Below, piece by piece: positions 17,582 through 27,305 of a stretch of DNA of 64,000 nt. Origin of the DNA: Natronospirales bacterium. Its GTDB lineage: Bacteria; Pseudomonadota; Gammaproteobacteria; Natronospirales; REEB76. Below the pieces are notes generated by a model that was not told where the DNA came from, ran no database searches, and saw nothing but the letters and a program-made list of their open reading frames with translations. The stretch lies in NCBI GenBank assembly GCA_021792635.1, contig JAJYUH010000003.1, positions 101,795 through 165,794 on the forward strand. The letters are read 5' to 3'. The translations under genes were made by a program, and so were the position numbers. Position 1 is the first letter of the stretch. Each line of letters starts with the position of its first letter.

Positions 17582-18733
17582 TTATTGCAGGCGGTTGCGG
17601 ATAGCGATGGTCGCGGTAAATATCCGCCGCAGCCGCGTGTCCCTCGGCACGGTGATGCTGGTGCCGAGCAGGTTGTAAACGGGTGCCGTAGCCGGCAGCA
17701 GCATGGCGCCCTCATCACTGCGCACCAGGAGCGCGATGCGTACGCTTACCACATTGCTCCAGTCACCGGCCGCCGCCACGGCTGCTGCGGTCTCGTATTC
17801 GCTGGGTATCCGGGTGCCGGTGAGGTCCACTCCATACAGTACCTGCATGTTTTCCACCCCGGGTACCAGTTCCTCGTAGGAGAAGCCGTTGGCCTGGGTG
17901 GTGTCGGTGACCGCCTCGAACAAGGCGGGGGAACCGTCGGTTCCCTGACCAATGAAGAAGACAATCGTTGTGGGCGCCAGCATCACCTGGGCACCCGTGA
18001 AATCGGCAGGCAGGCCCTGTATCGCATTGCCGGGCGAACCGCTGCCCGTGTTATGCACCACATTCGTGCCACCGCCGTTAACCTGGGTGGCCTGCATCAC
18101 TACCGTACTCAGGCAGTTGGTAATCGCCATCAGGTCTCCGGTCTGAATACCTCCGTTCATATTGATCTGGAAATCCGCAGAAGGACTGCCCGGTGAAACG
18201 CTGCCAGGGATGGAGGTGATATAGACCGGGTCACCGCCCCGGCTGAAGCGCACTACCAGTACGTCGGTGCCGGGTATCGCCCGGTTCTGCAGGCTGCTGT
18301 CCAGCGCGGGCGACCAGTCGCCGGTGTTGGTGTCGGGGCCGGGGTTTTCCGCAGGGGAGGCCGGCGCCGCCGGGTAGATGTCACCGGGTGCGGTGCCGGT
18401 AAACTCGTAACCTGTGAGCGCGACGGTGAAATCGTAGGGCAGATTGGAGCCGGATAGCGGATTGAGGTAATTGACCACCTGGGTGCTGGTGGCGCAGCCC
18501 ATATAACCCGCCATGCGTGTGTCATTGTGGATGAAATCCAGGGCGAAACGACCGTTTTCCTGTACGCGTGCGACGGCCGTGTTGACGCTGTAACCCTGAC
18601 GGCTGGAAATGAAAATGGACAACACACCGGCGATCAGGATCAGGCCCACCACCAGTGCGATCATGAGTTCGATCAGTGACAGACCGGTTTGCCGCAGCCT
18701 GAGATGAATTTGGTTACCGCACATGGGGGCCAT
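17582..18733 (-). CDS. pilW: PilW minor pilin, cassette 1
   Basis: 383 aa; leader ...RLRQTG|LSLIELMIALVVGLILIAG, then QENGRFALDFI. Confidence 0.85.
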   Translation of the reverse strand: MAPMCGNQIHLRLRQTGLSLIELMIALVVGLILIAGVLSIFISSRQGYSVNTAVARVQENGRFALDFIHNDTRMAGYMGCATSTQVVNYLNPLSGSNLPYDFTVALTGYEFTGTAPGDIYPAAPASPAENPGPDTNTGDWSPALDSSLQNRAIPGTDVLVVRFSRGGDPVYITSIPGSVSPGSPSADFQINMNGGIQTGDLMAITNCLSTVVMQATQVNGGGTNVVHNTGSGSPGNAIQGLPADFTGAQVMLAPTTIVFFIGQGTDGSPALFEAVTDTTQANGFSYEELVPGVENMQVLYGVDLTGTRIPSEYETAAAVAAAGDWSNVVSVRIALLVRSDEGAMLLPATAPVYNLLGTSITVPRDTRLRRIFTATIAIRNRLQ

Positions 18734-18735
18734 TA

Positions 18736-19314
18736 CTACAGCGCGGAACTGACGCTCATGCTGAAAGTGGCGGCTGGGGGTGCGCCGCTTTTCTGCAGGC
18801 TGTCTTGAGCACGGCTGTCATTCCACAGCACCGTGATGGTGACTAGGGTGACGCCGCTGTTGTCGGTGGAGGTTACGGCGCCCCGGCCCTGGGGCAGCAA
18901 TGTCGCCAAGTCATATTCCCACTGGCCCAGGTCATAAGCTGCCAATGTCGCCGAACCGCAGGTAGCGCCGGTGCAGTTGGTGGGGTTGCCGCCGGTGGCG
19001 GCGGAGGCGGGCATGGCGACGTCATACATACCATTCTCCGCCGCAGTGCGATTGGCGCGCATGCGGTCAATAATGTTGTATGCCAGGGCCGTGGCCTGGG
19101 TGCGCATGTAGGCGCTGTCGTTGCTCTTGAGGGTGGTGCTGATCATGGCGGCGATGCCCAGCAGTCCCACCGACAGGATCACCAGCGCGATCAATACCTC
19201 CAGCAGGCTGAAACCGGCCAGCCGGAAGCAGGACGGCAATCCATTTCTCCCGGCGGAAGCGTGATGCGGGGCGCGGGGGTATTCAGCAAATGTTTTGGGC
19301 ATGGTGGCCAGCAT
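18736..19314 (-). CDS. pilV: PilV minor pilin, cassette 1
   Basis: 192 aa; ...FRLAG|FSLLEVLIALVILSVGLLGIAAM...MRTQATALAYNIIDRMRAN. Confidence 0.85.
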   Translation of the reverse strand: MLATMPKTFAEYPRAPHHASAGRNGLPSCFRLAGFSLLEVLIALVILSVGLLGIAAMISTTLKSNDSAYMRTQATALAYNIIDRMRANRTAAENGMYDVAMPASAATGGNPTNCTGATCGSATLAAYDLGQWEYDLATLLPQGRGAVTSTDNSGVTLVTITVLWNDSRAQDSLQKSGAPPAATFSMSVSSAL

Positions 19315-19316
19315 TT

Positions 19317-19853
19317 CTAGGGGCAGGTAAGCGGCGTGCTGCCGTCAAGCCCGTAACCCACCGTAGTTGCGGCTTCTGCCAGACCGGTGGCGGACAAGCT
19401 GATGGCACGTGCATAGGTGGCGCCCCTGGAGTCGCAGAGTGTGAAGGTGACGGGTCCCAGGGGTGTGGGCGTCAGCATGCCGTTGGCCTGAAATGTGAAG
19501 CGGTAACTGTTATTGCTGGTGAAGGTGGTGTTGCCGCTGATGGCCGGGAATACCTGGATGATCGAGGTGGCGGCACCGGGAGGCAGGGTGTTGTAGTAGA
19601 CAATCCAGCCACTGGCCCAGGTGCTGCCGCCGCACGTGGTGTTGCTGCCGGCGCAAATGCTCACATCGGTACCGGTCTTGATGGCCTCGCTGCGGGCCAG
19701 TGTCAAGCCCGTGAGCAGACTGTTGACCCGGGAAAGGTCCCGGTCATTCCTGATGGTGGCGCTGAAATCCGGGATGGCGACCGTTGTCAGAATGGCAACC
19801 ACCGCCACCAGGATCAGCAGCTCAATAAGGGTGAAGCCGTCTTGGCGCTTCAT
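19317..19853 (-). CDS. fimU: FimU/FimT-like (GspH-domain) minor pilin, cassette 1
   Basis: ORF-track start 19904 trimmed to MKRQDG|FTLIELLILVAVVAILTTVAIP. Contains ARSEAIKTGTDVSIC...WASGWIVYY. Confidence 0.8.
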   Translation of the reverse strand: MKRQDGFTLIELLILVAVVAILTTVAIPDFSATIRNDRDLSRVNSLLTGLTLARSEAIKTGTDVSICAGSNTTCGGSTWASGWIVYYNTLPPGAATSIIQVFPAISGNTTFTSNNSYRFTFQANGMLTPTPLGPVTFTLCDSRGATYARAISLSATGLAEAATTVGYGLDGSTPLTCP

Positions 19854-20094
19854 TGCACTTCGCTCAAAAATAATTTGCATACGAAGAATATATGCGGTGG
19901 GCAATAAAAATGAGGGGTAATGGCGATAAGTGCGCAGAAATTCCCGATGAATGGTGGTCAGGAAGGCAAACCATATTTATTATTTTACATATTATTTATG
20001 ACAATCAGCCTTGCTGACAGGAGCTGCACGCAGCCGGCGGCACGCAAACCGTCTGGTGAGTGCCGGCCGGATCAAACAGGGGTGGGGCGGGGTA
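19854..20094 (-). promoter_or_regulatory. AT-rich intergenic region upstream of cassette 1 (likely promoter region)
   Basis: This is the only clearly AT-rich stretch in the block (ccatatttattattttacatattatttatgacaat at ~19970-20005). It lies between the pilE-2 stop and the fimU-1 start. No convincing -35/-10 or sigma-54 box could be fixed by eye. Confidence 0.3.
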
Positions 20095-20486
20095 TCAGTG
20101 TTCCCAGCAGGTGCTGGTGTTGAGGGCGCCGGCGGAATTGGTGGCGGTTCGATTGCCGGTGTTGTCGAGGCTGAAAGTGCGGCAGTCGGTATCATTGAGC
20201 TGGGTCCCCACCGCCGTGACGGTCAGGGTGTAGATGTCGGTGGTGACAGCCGGGGGCTCGGTCAGGGTGTAGTACCCGAACTGGGTGCTGGCGGGCAGGG
20301 AGGCGGCGGAGGGCGAGCACTGGGCGCTGTTATAGCGGAAGTACTGGGTGTAGCAGCGTTCCAGGATCTGGGAATCCTGACTGAGGAGGGTTTCCGCGTC
20401 GGAGCGGTGGGATTTCAGCACCGAACGTTCATAGGAGGGGTAGGCGATGGCGGCGATGATGCCGATGATGGCCACCACGATCATGA
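20042..20486. repeat. 445-bp perfect direct repeat, copy 2 (pilE-2 body plus 3' flank)
   Basis: Identical to 12547-12991. Confidence 0.85.
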
Positions 20487-20625
20487 ACTCGATCAGCGAG
20501 AAACCACATGCGTCCGGCCAGACAATTTTATGCGGTAGCAGACAGAACACCACGGGGTTGTCCGTGGATAAATGAGCCTGGCGGTAGTATTTACCATCAC
20601 CGGATCCTGAATCCTGGCGTTTCAC
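20095..20625 (-). CDS. pilE: PilE-like pilin, cassette 2, with a non-canonical 5' end (possibly a silent copy)
   Basis: The mature part FSLIEFMIVV...STCWEH is identical to pilE-1 except L6F. Upstream of Gly(-1) there is no short basic leader. The only in-frame start is GTG 20623-20625, 42 codons upstream and inside the hairpin repeat element. Confidence 0.55.
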   Translation of the reverse strand: MKRQDSGSGDGKYYRQAHLSTDNPVVFCLLPHKIVWPDACGFSLIEFMIVVAIIGIIAAIAYPSYERSVLKSHRSDAETLLSQDSQILERCYTQYFRYNSAQCSPSAASLPASTQFGYYTLTEPPAVTTDIYTLTVTAVGTQLNDTDCRTFSLDNTGNRTATNSAGALNTSTCWEH

Positions 20626-20702
20626 CGGGATTCAATTCGGTTCCAGTTGGAGCGGTAGCGGAAGGACCCCGGCTTTAGCCGGGGAATCTCTCCACTCATG
20701 AT
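20527..20702. repeat. Multi-hairpin repeat element, copy B (~175 bp)
   Basis: Colinear with 348-534 (ttatgcggt.gcagacagaa ... aatgagcc ... tcctgaatcctgg ... ggaccccggctttagccgggg ... cactcat). It fills exactly the gap between the small ORF-2 stop (20714) and the mature-pilin codons of pilE-2. Confidence 0.7.
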
Positions 20703-20713
20703 TGCGCTACATC

Positions 20714-21046
20714 TCAGTTTGGTTTGGGGGGAAGCACCACGATATTGAGGATGCGCGAAGCGGGAGCGGTCACCGGACCGTTTGCTATAAACCTGATTTT
20801 CATTCCTGGCTGCAGGGCGCCTATGTCTTTCACGCCCCCGGCGCCGATATAGGAGGCCTTGGGTGCAATCTTATACACATGACCGGCGACGGTGACGGTA
20901 CGGGTAGCGTAATTGACGAATTGGATGGTGCCGTTGCCCATGTTCTCAGAAGGAACAGGATAGCTCGCCAGTGCTGTTTGGCATACGCACAAGCCCATGC
21001 ACAGGGCGAGCCTCGGCCATAAGCCGGATTTCGGTAGCTTCGACAT
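20714..21046 (-). CDS. Small secreted protein at the pilY2 position, paralog 2
   Basis: 110 aa; signal peptide ...LALCMGLCVCQTALAS; same conserved core as 13043-13384. Confidence 0.7.
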   Translation of the reverse strand: MSKLPKSGLWPRLALCMGLCVCQTALASYPVPSENMGNGTIQFVNYATRTVTVAGHVYKIAPKASYIGAGGVKDIGALQPGMKIRFIANGPVTAPASRILNIVVLPPKPN

Positions 21047-21089
21047 ATCTCAAACCTCCTCGCTGACGTTCCTACTGGTTTTCCAGAGC

Positions 21090-24000
21090 CTAGTTTGGTA
21101 TTTCCCGCCAGGACTGGCGCTGTTTCGGACCACCGGCTTCGCCCACGCGCTGGATTTGGCCGCTGGACTGGGAGATCAGCTTGACGGCATGGACGCTGCC
21201 GAGGCTCGCAGAAATGATGGTGGGTGAAGCGGAGTACACCTGGCCGAGGTACAGGCCCACGGGGTTTTGCCCGCTCACCTGGTCTCCGGAGTTCAGCATG
21301 CCGTCGCCGTTCAGATCCAGCTGCGGATTTGGGAACGAGCCGCCGTTCTTGTAGTTTACCACCAGCAGCCAGGACTGGCCGCCTACCGCGCAACTGCTGG
21401 CTGACGGCACATAGGTAGTGAACACCACCACGCCGTTCTCAAGACGCGGGTCGGTGACCACTCGCTCGCCCGAGATGGACAGATCCTCATACCAGCCCAG
21501 TTTGCTGGTCCAGTCTATGGGTGCATTGGTCACCAATCGCACCGTGGTTCCCGCCGGACCGGCGGTGGGTGCGGACAGCACCTGTTGCACCAAGTTGCTG
21601 CGGGTCGCGACATAAGACAGCCCCGGCTTGTCCCACACCGCATAGAAAGTCTGGGTATTGGTGTTGGTGAGGTCCGGCGTGCCCAGCAGTTGGCCGGTAC
21701 CGAAGTACACGATGGTGCCGGTATCCCGCGGAAAATTGGGGTGCAGGGAAACCGTGGGCGCCACCGTGATGGGCTGCGGTGTTCCCCCCGATGCCTGACA
21801 AGTCTGACCTGCCGGCGGAGCCGGGATGCACGCCTGGAACAGCAGTTGCACTGTCCAGAGGGCGGGATTGGGATCGGAGATGTTCACTTTCCACAGGTTA
21901 CCCTGCAGATCGCCGGCATACACGGTATCGTCAGGCAATGTCAGTGCACCGGTGCTGTTCACCGCCACCGGACTCGACAGTCCGTTGGGCAGGCTGGTAT
22001 TGCAGGCACCCGCCGGAACGCCGGGGGCCGCGCACAGGTTGATGCGTGCCAGCAGCGCGCCCGTCTGGGCATTGACGGCGTACAGATAGGGATTACCGTC
22101 GCTGTTGTTGTAGCCGGAACCGAAGAACACCACGAAGTCGGAGCCGGTCACATTGGTGCGCGCAATAACGGGCTGGCTGTAAGTCAGCCCCAGGTAGGGA
22201 TCGGTGAATTCCCACAACACGTCGGAAGCCAGGGCGGATTCACTGGTGATGTTCAGTGGATTGGTGACATCCAGGGCGTAAATGCTGTTGCCACCGGCAT
22301 TCAGACCGCCCACCACGAGCGTATGCCAACTGCTGTCGGAGAACTGCACATCGCCCGCCGTGGGCGAGCCGTCCACGAAGAACTGATGGCGCTGGTTGTA
22401 GAGCGGATTGGTGAGATTCACCAGGTTCGCGAACACCCCATTGGGAATGAAGGCGAATTTCTCATTGCCGGTCGTGGGATCGATGGCGTGCAGCATGCCG
22501 TCATCGGCACCGACGTAAAGCATGGCCGGACGGTTCTGCTGTGCCAGCTCGAAACTCACGTAGGATGTATCCTGGAAGGGTTCATTGGGCGGCCCCACGT
22601 ACAGCGGGTTGCTGTCCACGATGTCCCCGAGAATGTGCGAGCGGTTGCGGAACGGCCCACCGTTTTGCTGGTCATTGGACGGATCACCGCGCAGGTAATT
22701 CACCACATTTTGTATCTGGGTATCCGTGGAGCCGAGTTCCTGACCGAGGGTGGTGCTGGCGGTGATACCTGAGCCGGCACCCCAGCGGAATGGTACGCCC
22801 TTGTCCAGTACCGGATTCCAAGTGGCGATAATCCGACCGGTATCCCAGCCCGATCCCGCCGCCTGGACATCGAGCTGTGCCTGCGTCTTCCATAATGGGG
22901 TGGTGGTGTTCACCGTCCCACTGGACAGGATGGGATAAGCCACCAGGTTGCCGGTCCAATCCTGCCAAGGCTGGTCGGCGGAGGTGAACTGAGCCTGATA
23001 GGCCACTGCACCCGCCTTGAGGCCGGTGGAATTCACCGCCGCCGAGCTGACGGACATGTTCGCCGCCTGGATGGCGGAGAGAATCGCCTGCATGTCCACC
23101 ACCACATCGTTCGGGCTGGTGGCGGCGAAATAATTGCCTGTGCCACCTGCATAGGCCATGGCCTTCATGGTAGCCGCCGCCTGCGGGTTCAAAGCGGGGT
23201 TCACGCCGGCACCCACGCCGATGATGTAGGTTTTGATGCCGGCGGTATTGAGTGCCGTCAATTCATTGATGGTGTCCGTGAGCGCCTGATCGTTGGTGGA
23301 TGTAAGCTTCCCGGTAGTGGGATCAAAGCTGGCGGTCACGCCGTAACCGGCGGCCGACGCACTGCCCAGCGGCGGCCAGTTGTTACCTGCCAGATCCATG
23401 GTGGGCAGGCCGTCGGTGATGAGCACGGCGTAGCGCTGCGGCGGGCAGCCGTTATTCGAGGGTGGATTCGTGCCGTAGTAACTCACGGCTTTTTTGATCA
23501 GGCCCGCGATGGGCGACTGGTAGGCCAAGGCCTTGATTTCGCCCGTGCCGGGGTTGTTGGTTTCGGGTTGCAGATAAGGCGTGAAGGTGGCGATGTAGGC
23601 ATTGATCTGTGCCGGTGTGGCATTGGTGCCCGCTGTGCTGATGGGTACCAGCATGTTGCCGCTGTTGCTGCTGAGACCGGTGACGTAGTAGCCGAAGCCG
23701 CGCTCGGCGTAATACACTTGATCGGAATACGGCACGAAACCGGCGTTGGTGGGGCCGACGGCCGCAATACAGCCGCCGGGCGTGCAACTCGAGTAACCGA
23801 CCGTAACACTACCCGATTCATAGTTCGCAAGAGAGTAGTAGGGTGGGTATGGCGTGGGGGGATTGTGGCTGCCATAGTCGAGGAAGACCGACGGCTGACC
23901 GCCCGCATACAATACGTCGTTGACGGTGGGGTCATCACTGCTGTTCTGCACCAGCATGTAAGGCTGTGTGAATACCTGGGAGCCTAACTGCCCCTTGATA

Positions 24001-24626
24001 GAGGTGCATTCGCTATACAGCGTTCCGGACGTAATGCCATAACAGGGGTTATTCACATACTCCGCCGGCGCTGCGGGCGGTACGCTGGCGAAAGTGAACC
24101 CTCCGGGATTGCTCATCCAATACACCCAGGTGGTGTAGAGGCTCGCACCGCCGGTGGAGTAGTCCATGAGGCCGAAGTCGGTATTGCCGGCATAAATCTG
24201 CAGAATGGCCTGGAGTGCCTGCTTGGCTACGTTGAGGCGGCTGGCGGAATTATCACAAAGATTGCTGCCGCAGCTCGCGGTGTAAGGCTGTGACGACCCC
24301 GCGGCGCCGCCGGTGATGGGCGGCGTGAAGCCGGTGGGCACGGTAAAGTCCAGCGGTGAGCTGGAATTCGCCAGTTGCGCGCCCAGCGTGCCGGAGCCGG
24401 TCATGATGGCGCCGGAGAGATCACCGTCCACCGACTGGGAGTTGGCAACCATTAGAAGCACTTGCGGATGGGCGGGCGATACCAGGGTTAGCGGAATGTT
24501 GGAAATGGATACCATGGGTGGCGCAGCCGCCGCGGCGATACTGCAGATTCCCACGGTCAGCAACGCCGCCAACGCCGCAAAAATGACTTTACCCAGGATG
24601 TTTCTCATTGCATATTGCCTGTTCAT
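21090..24626 (-). CDS. pilY1: PilY1 tip adhesin, cassette 2
   Basis: Start trimmed to MNRQYAMRNILGK (ATG 24624-24626), giving 1178 aa. Same vWA-like and PilY1 C-terminal motifs as cassette 1; the EF-hand-like loop reads DLNGDGMLN. Confidence 0.9.
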   Translation of the reverse strand: MNRQYAMRNILGKVIFAALAALLTVGICSIAAAAAPPMVSISNIPLTLVSPAHPQVLLMVANSQSVDGDLSGAIMTGSGTLGAQLANSSSPLDFTVPTGFTPPITGGAAGSSQPYTASCGSNLCDNSASRLNVAKQALQAILQIYAGNTDFGLMDYSTGGASLYTTWVYWMSNPGGFTFASVPPAAPAEYVNNPCYGITSGTLYSECTSIKGQLGSQVFTQPYMLVQNSSDDPTVNDVLYAGGQPSVFLDYGSHNPPTPYPPYYSLANYESGSVTVGYSSCTPGGCIAAVGPTNAGFVPYSDQVYYAERGFGYYVTGLSSNSGNMLVPISTAGTNATPAQINAYIATFTPYLQPETNNPGTGEIKALAYQSPIAGLIKKAVSYYGTNPPSNNGCPPQRYAVLITDGLPTMDLAGNNWPPLGSASAAGYGVTASFDPTTGKLTSTNDQALTDTINELTALNTAGIKTYIIGVGAGVNPALNPQAAATMKAMAYAGGTGNYFAATSPNDVVVDMQAILSAIQAANMSVSSAAVNSTGLKAGAVAYQAQFTSADQPWQDWTGNLVAYPILSSGTVNTTTPLWKTQAQLDVQAAGSGWDTGRIIATWNPVLDKGVPFRWGAGSGITASTTLGQELGSTDTQIQNVVNYLRGDPSNDQQNGGPFRNRSHILGDIVDSNPLYVGPPNEPFQDTSYVSFELAQQNRPAMLYVGADDGMLHAIDPTTGNEKFAFIPNGVFANLVNLTNPLYNQRHQFFVDGSPTAGDVQFSDSSWHTLVVGGLNAGGNSIYALDVTNPLNITSESALASDVLWEFTDPYLGLTYSQPVIARTNVTGSDFVVFFGSGYNNSDGNPYLYAVNAQTGALLARINLCAAPGVPAGACNTSLPNGLSSPVAVNSTGALTLPDDTVYAGDLQGNLWKVNISDPNPALWTVQLLFQACIPAPPAGQTCQASGGTPQPITVAPTVSLHPNFPRDTGTIVYFGTGQLLGTPDLTNTNTQTFYAVWDKPGLSYVATRSNLVQQVLSAPTAGPAGTTVRLVTNAPIDWTSKLGWYEDLSISGERVVTDPRLENGVVVFTTYVPSASSCAVGGQSWLLVVNYKNGGSFPNPQLDLNGDGMLNSGDQVSGQNPVGLYLGQVYSASPTIISASLGSVHAVKLISQSSGQIQRVGEAGGPKQRQSWREIPN

Positions 24627-24710
24627 TGGATTACCTCGTGCGGTGCATCCGCGGGGCAACCCCCGGAAGTCCCGGCAGTGGGATGATCTCGGGCATTGCT
24701 TCTAAACAGC

Positions 24711-25289
24711 TCATTGTGTCACCACGGCTTGCAGCGTCACGTGGGTGGTGCCGTCGCCGCCCACGGCATACGCCGTGATGCGATAGGGTTGCGATGGCGG
24801 CGCACCGTTGTTGTAGCCGGTTTGCCCACCCAGGTTTGAGCCCGGCGGCGCCACCGGCGGCAGTTCCTCGATGATGAATACCGGCTGTTGTGAAACACCG
24901 GCGATATTCAAACCCGGTACCGCGGTATCGGCGGGAAGTGCGCTGCTCCACACCCCGTGCAGAGTCCAGGCGGAAGTCCAGGAGGGAGCCGGACCCGATG
25001 CGCAGCAGGTAGCAAGCATATACAGACCGTTGCCATTGCCGGCGTAGTTTGCGTTGCTCCACAGTCCCTGCAAGATGGCGCTCTGGGCCGCATACAGGCC
25101 GGCCTCGGCGGATTGGAAGGCCAGATCATGATTGCGCGCGTTGCCGGCCATTCTTTCCTCCAGCACGGTAGTCTGGGTCGCGGCCAGACCGAGCAGGGTG
25201 AGTACCAGCAACAGGATCAGGGCGACAATCAGCACGAAGCCGCCATCCCGGCGTGCGGCATCATGGATGCGGTGAAATTTGTGGTGCAT
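24711..25289 (-). CDS. pilX: PilX minor pilin, cassette 2
   Basis: 192 aa; GFVLIVALILLLVLTLLGLAATQTTVLEERMAGN. Confidence 0.8.
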   Translation of the reverse strand: MHHKFHRIHDAARRDGGFVLIVALILLLVLTLLGLAATQTTVLEERMAGNARNHDLAFQSAEAGLYAAQSAILQGLWSNANYAGNGNGLYMLATCCASGPAPSWTSAWTLHGVWSSALPADTAVPGLNIAGVSQQPVFIIEELPPVAPPGSNLGGQTGYNNGAPPSQPYRITAYAVGGDGTTHVTLQAVVTQ

Positions 25290-25301
25290 ATCTATATACC
25301 T

Positions 25302-26459
25302 TCAGCTTGTAGGCAACGGTGCATTGCGCAGATAGATGGTAGCCGTAAATACGCGGCGCAGCCGTGTGTCAATCGGCACCTGGACATAGGTACCGAGAAG
25401 ATTGAACACAGGTGCGGCAGCCGGCCGCGGTACCGCGCCGGTATTGCTGCGCAGCAACAGACCCACCTGCACGCTCAACACATTGGCCCAGTCATTGCCC
25501 GCATCCACCTGCGCCGCAGTCAGATACTGGTTCGGTGACAGCAGGGAGCCGCCGGTACTGTCCACTCCATACAGCACCTGCAGATTTTCCACCCCCGGCA
25601 CCAGTTCCTGCGGTGCTCCCAAGCCGACACCCGGCTGATAGGCAACCTTATAAAGGGCCGGTGAATGGTCCACGCCCAGACCGATGTAATAGGCCATGAC
25701 ATTGGCAGTGAGTACCTGTGCGCCGGATTGGAACCCTATATTGAAACTGGTCAGGGCATTGCCGGGGGGCGGCACACCGGCGCCGACGGTGATAGTGCCG
25801 GGGGCTCCTGCAGTGACGGCGCTTATCTGGAATACCGTGCTTTCGAGACAATCGGTGATCACCGCCAACTGCCCGGTCTGGAAACCCGTGGTAGCGTTCA
25901 CCTGAATCACACCACCGGTTACCGGTGCGATGGCATAGGCGGGATCGCCGCTCGCGGTGTAAAGCATCAATACATCACTGCCGGGAATGGGGCTGCCGGG
26001 ACCACCACCGGGGAGGTTGATGGTGGCATCCGGTGTGGGGGACCAGTTCCCGCCGCCGATAGCGACGGGGGTGGGGTTTTCCTGGGTGATCACATAGGGC
26101 GCTAATGAGGTGGCGGTTGCCGAATTGGTGCCGTTGTATTCAAATCCATATACCGGCATTAGGAAGTTATACGCCTGTCCGGCGGGGTTGAGGACGGTGT
26201 CGGTGCGCGCGGCGGTGGTGCAGCCCATGTAACTGGTCATGCGCGAGTCGTTGCGGATGAAATCCAGGGCGAAACGGCCGTTTTCCTGTAACTGGGCGAT
26301 GGCATTATTAGTGCTGTAACCCATGCGGCTGGAGATAAAGATGGAGATCACACCGGCCAGCAGGATCAGGCCTACCACCAGCGCCACCATGACCTCTATC
26401 AGCGATAAACCTGCCTGACGGGAGGTGGCGTATGCTCCATTTGCACACATTGCATTCAT
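25302..26459 (-). CDS. pilW: PilW minor pilin, cassette 2
   Basis: 385 aa; ...TSRQAG|LSLIEVMVALVVGLILLAG...QENGRFALDFI. Confidence 0.85.
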   Translation of the reverse strand: MNAMCANGAYATSRQAGLSLIEVMVALVVGLILLAGVISIFISSRMGYSTNNAIAQLQENGRFALDFIRNDSRMTSYMGCTTAARTDTVLNPAGQAYNFLMPVYGFEYNGTNSATATSLAPYVITQENPTPVAIGGGNWSPTPDATINLPGGGPGSPIPGSDVLMLYTASGDPAYAIAPVTGGVIQVNATTGFQTGQLAVITDCLESTVFQISAVTAGAPGTITVGAGVPPPGNALTSFNIGFQSGAQVLTANVMAYYIGLGVDHSPALYKVAYQPGVGLGAPQELVPGVENLQVLYGVDSTGGSLLSPNQYLTAAQVDAGNDWANVLSVQVGLLLRSNTGAVPRPAAAPVFNLLGTYVQVPIDTRLRRVFTATIYLRNAPLPTS

Positions 26460-26461
26460 TC

Positions 26462-26992
26462 CTATAACGCTGAGCTGACGGCCAGACTGAAGGTAGTCGG
26501 CGCCGGCGGTGCAACCGTGCTTTTCAGGCTGTTCTGGGCGCGGCTGTCATTCCATTGGATGGTGACGGTCACCATGGTGAGGCCGCCCACCGTGTTGGTG
26601 ACGATCCCGCCGTCGCCATCCGGCAAACCGTTTGCCGACGACGCCAGCGTTTGTTTCCATTGGGCCAAGTCATAGCCCGCCAGTTGCGCGGAACTGCAGT
26701 TCGCACTCGGGCCAGTGCAAACGTTGGTGGAACCGGACGCCGGAGTACCGATGGCAATGTCGTAATTGCCGTTCTGGGCGGCGTTCGGGTTGGCACGCAT
26801 GCGGTCAATGATGTTATAGGCAAGCGCCGTGGCCTGGGTGCGCATGTAGGCGCTGTCGTTGCTCTTGACGGTGGTGCCGATCATGGCGGCGATACCCAAA
26901 AGGCCCACCGACAGGATTACCAGCGCAATCAATACTTCCAGCAGACTGAAACCACCGAACCGGCTGCGATATGGCATATTGATTGTGTACAT
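26462..26992 (-). CDS. pilV: PilV minor pilin, cassette 2
   Basis: Start trimmed to MYTINMPYRSRFGG|FSLLEVLIALVILSVG (the ORF track starts at 27082). Confidence 0.8.
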   Translation of the reverse strand: MYTINMPYRSRFGGFSLLEVLIALVILSVGLLGIAAMIGTTVKSNDSAYMRTQATALAYNIIDRMRANPNAAQNGNYDIAIGTPASGSTNVCTGPSANCSSAQLAGYDLAQWKQTLASSANGLPDGDGGIVTNTVGGLTMVTVTIQWNDSRAQNSLKSTVAPPAPTTFSLAVSSAL

Positions 26993-27305
26993 GGGTGCGG
27001 TTACCTGGAAAAAACGGGCGCCGGGTGGGCATCTGTCGGCATCGTTGGAATCGGGCGCCGCCGCGCGCACAAGAGCCGCCACCTGCAGTACGGCGGTTCA
27101 GTCGGAGTTGAGAAACTGTCAGCTTGTTTCATGTATTAACAATACAATAAGCACGGGATTCCACAGTGGCCGGTGCGATAAGCGTTCAGGAATTGGTGAT
27201 GGGCGGCAAGTGACCACGGCCTAGCCCGATACGAATTTTGCGTGCCACGTATGCAAAGACCGTTCGGTGAGTGCCGGCCGGCTAGATAAAGGTACAGGGC
27301 GGGTA

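Noticed and set aside
21585-22772. Long ORFs antisense to real genes, for example 21585-22772(+), 29388-30578(+), 58317-60113(+), 46827-48134(-), 48354-49514(-), 41429-42403(-), 43798-44751(-) and 8184-8882(+).
   Set aside because: Each lies opposite a confidently identified gene (pilY1, the GGDEF sensor, purL, guaB, guaA, GST). They have Arg/Gly/Ala/His-rich low-information translations typical of GC-rich shadow frames and no recognisable motifs.
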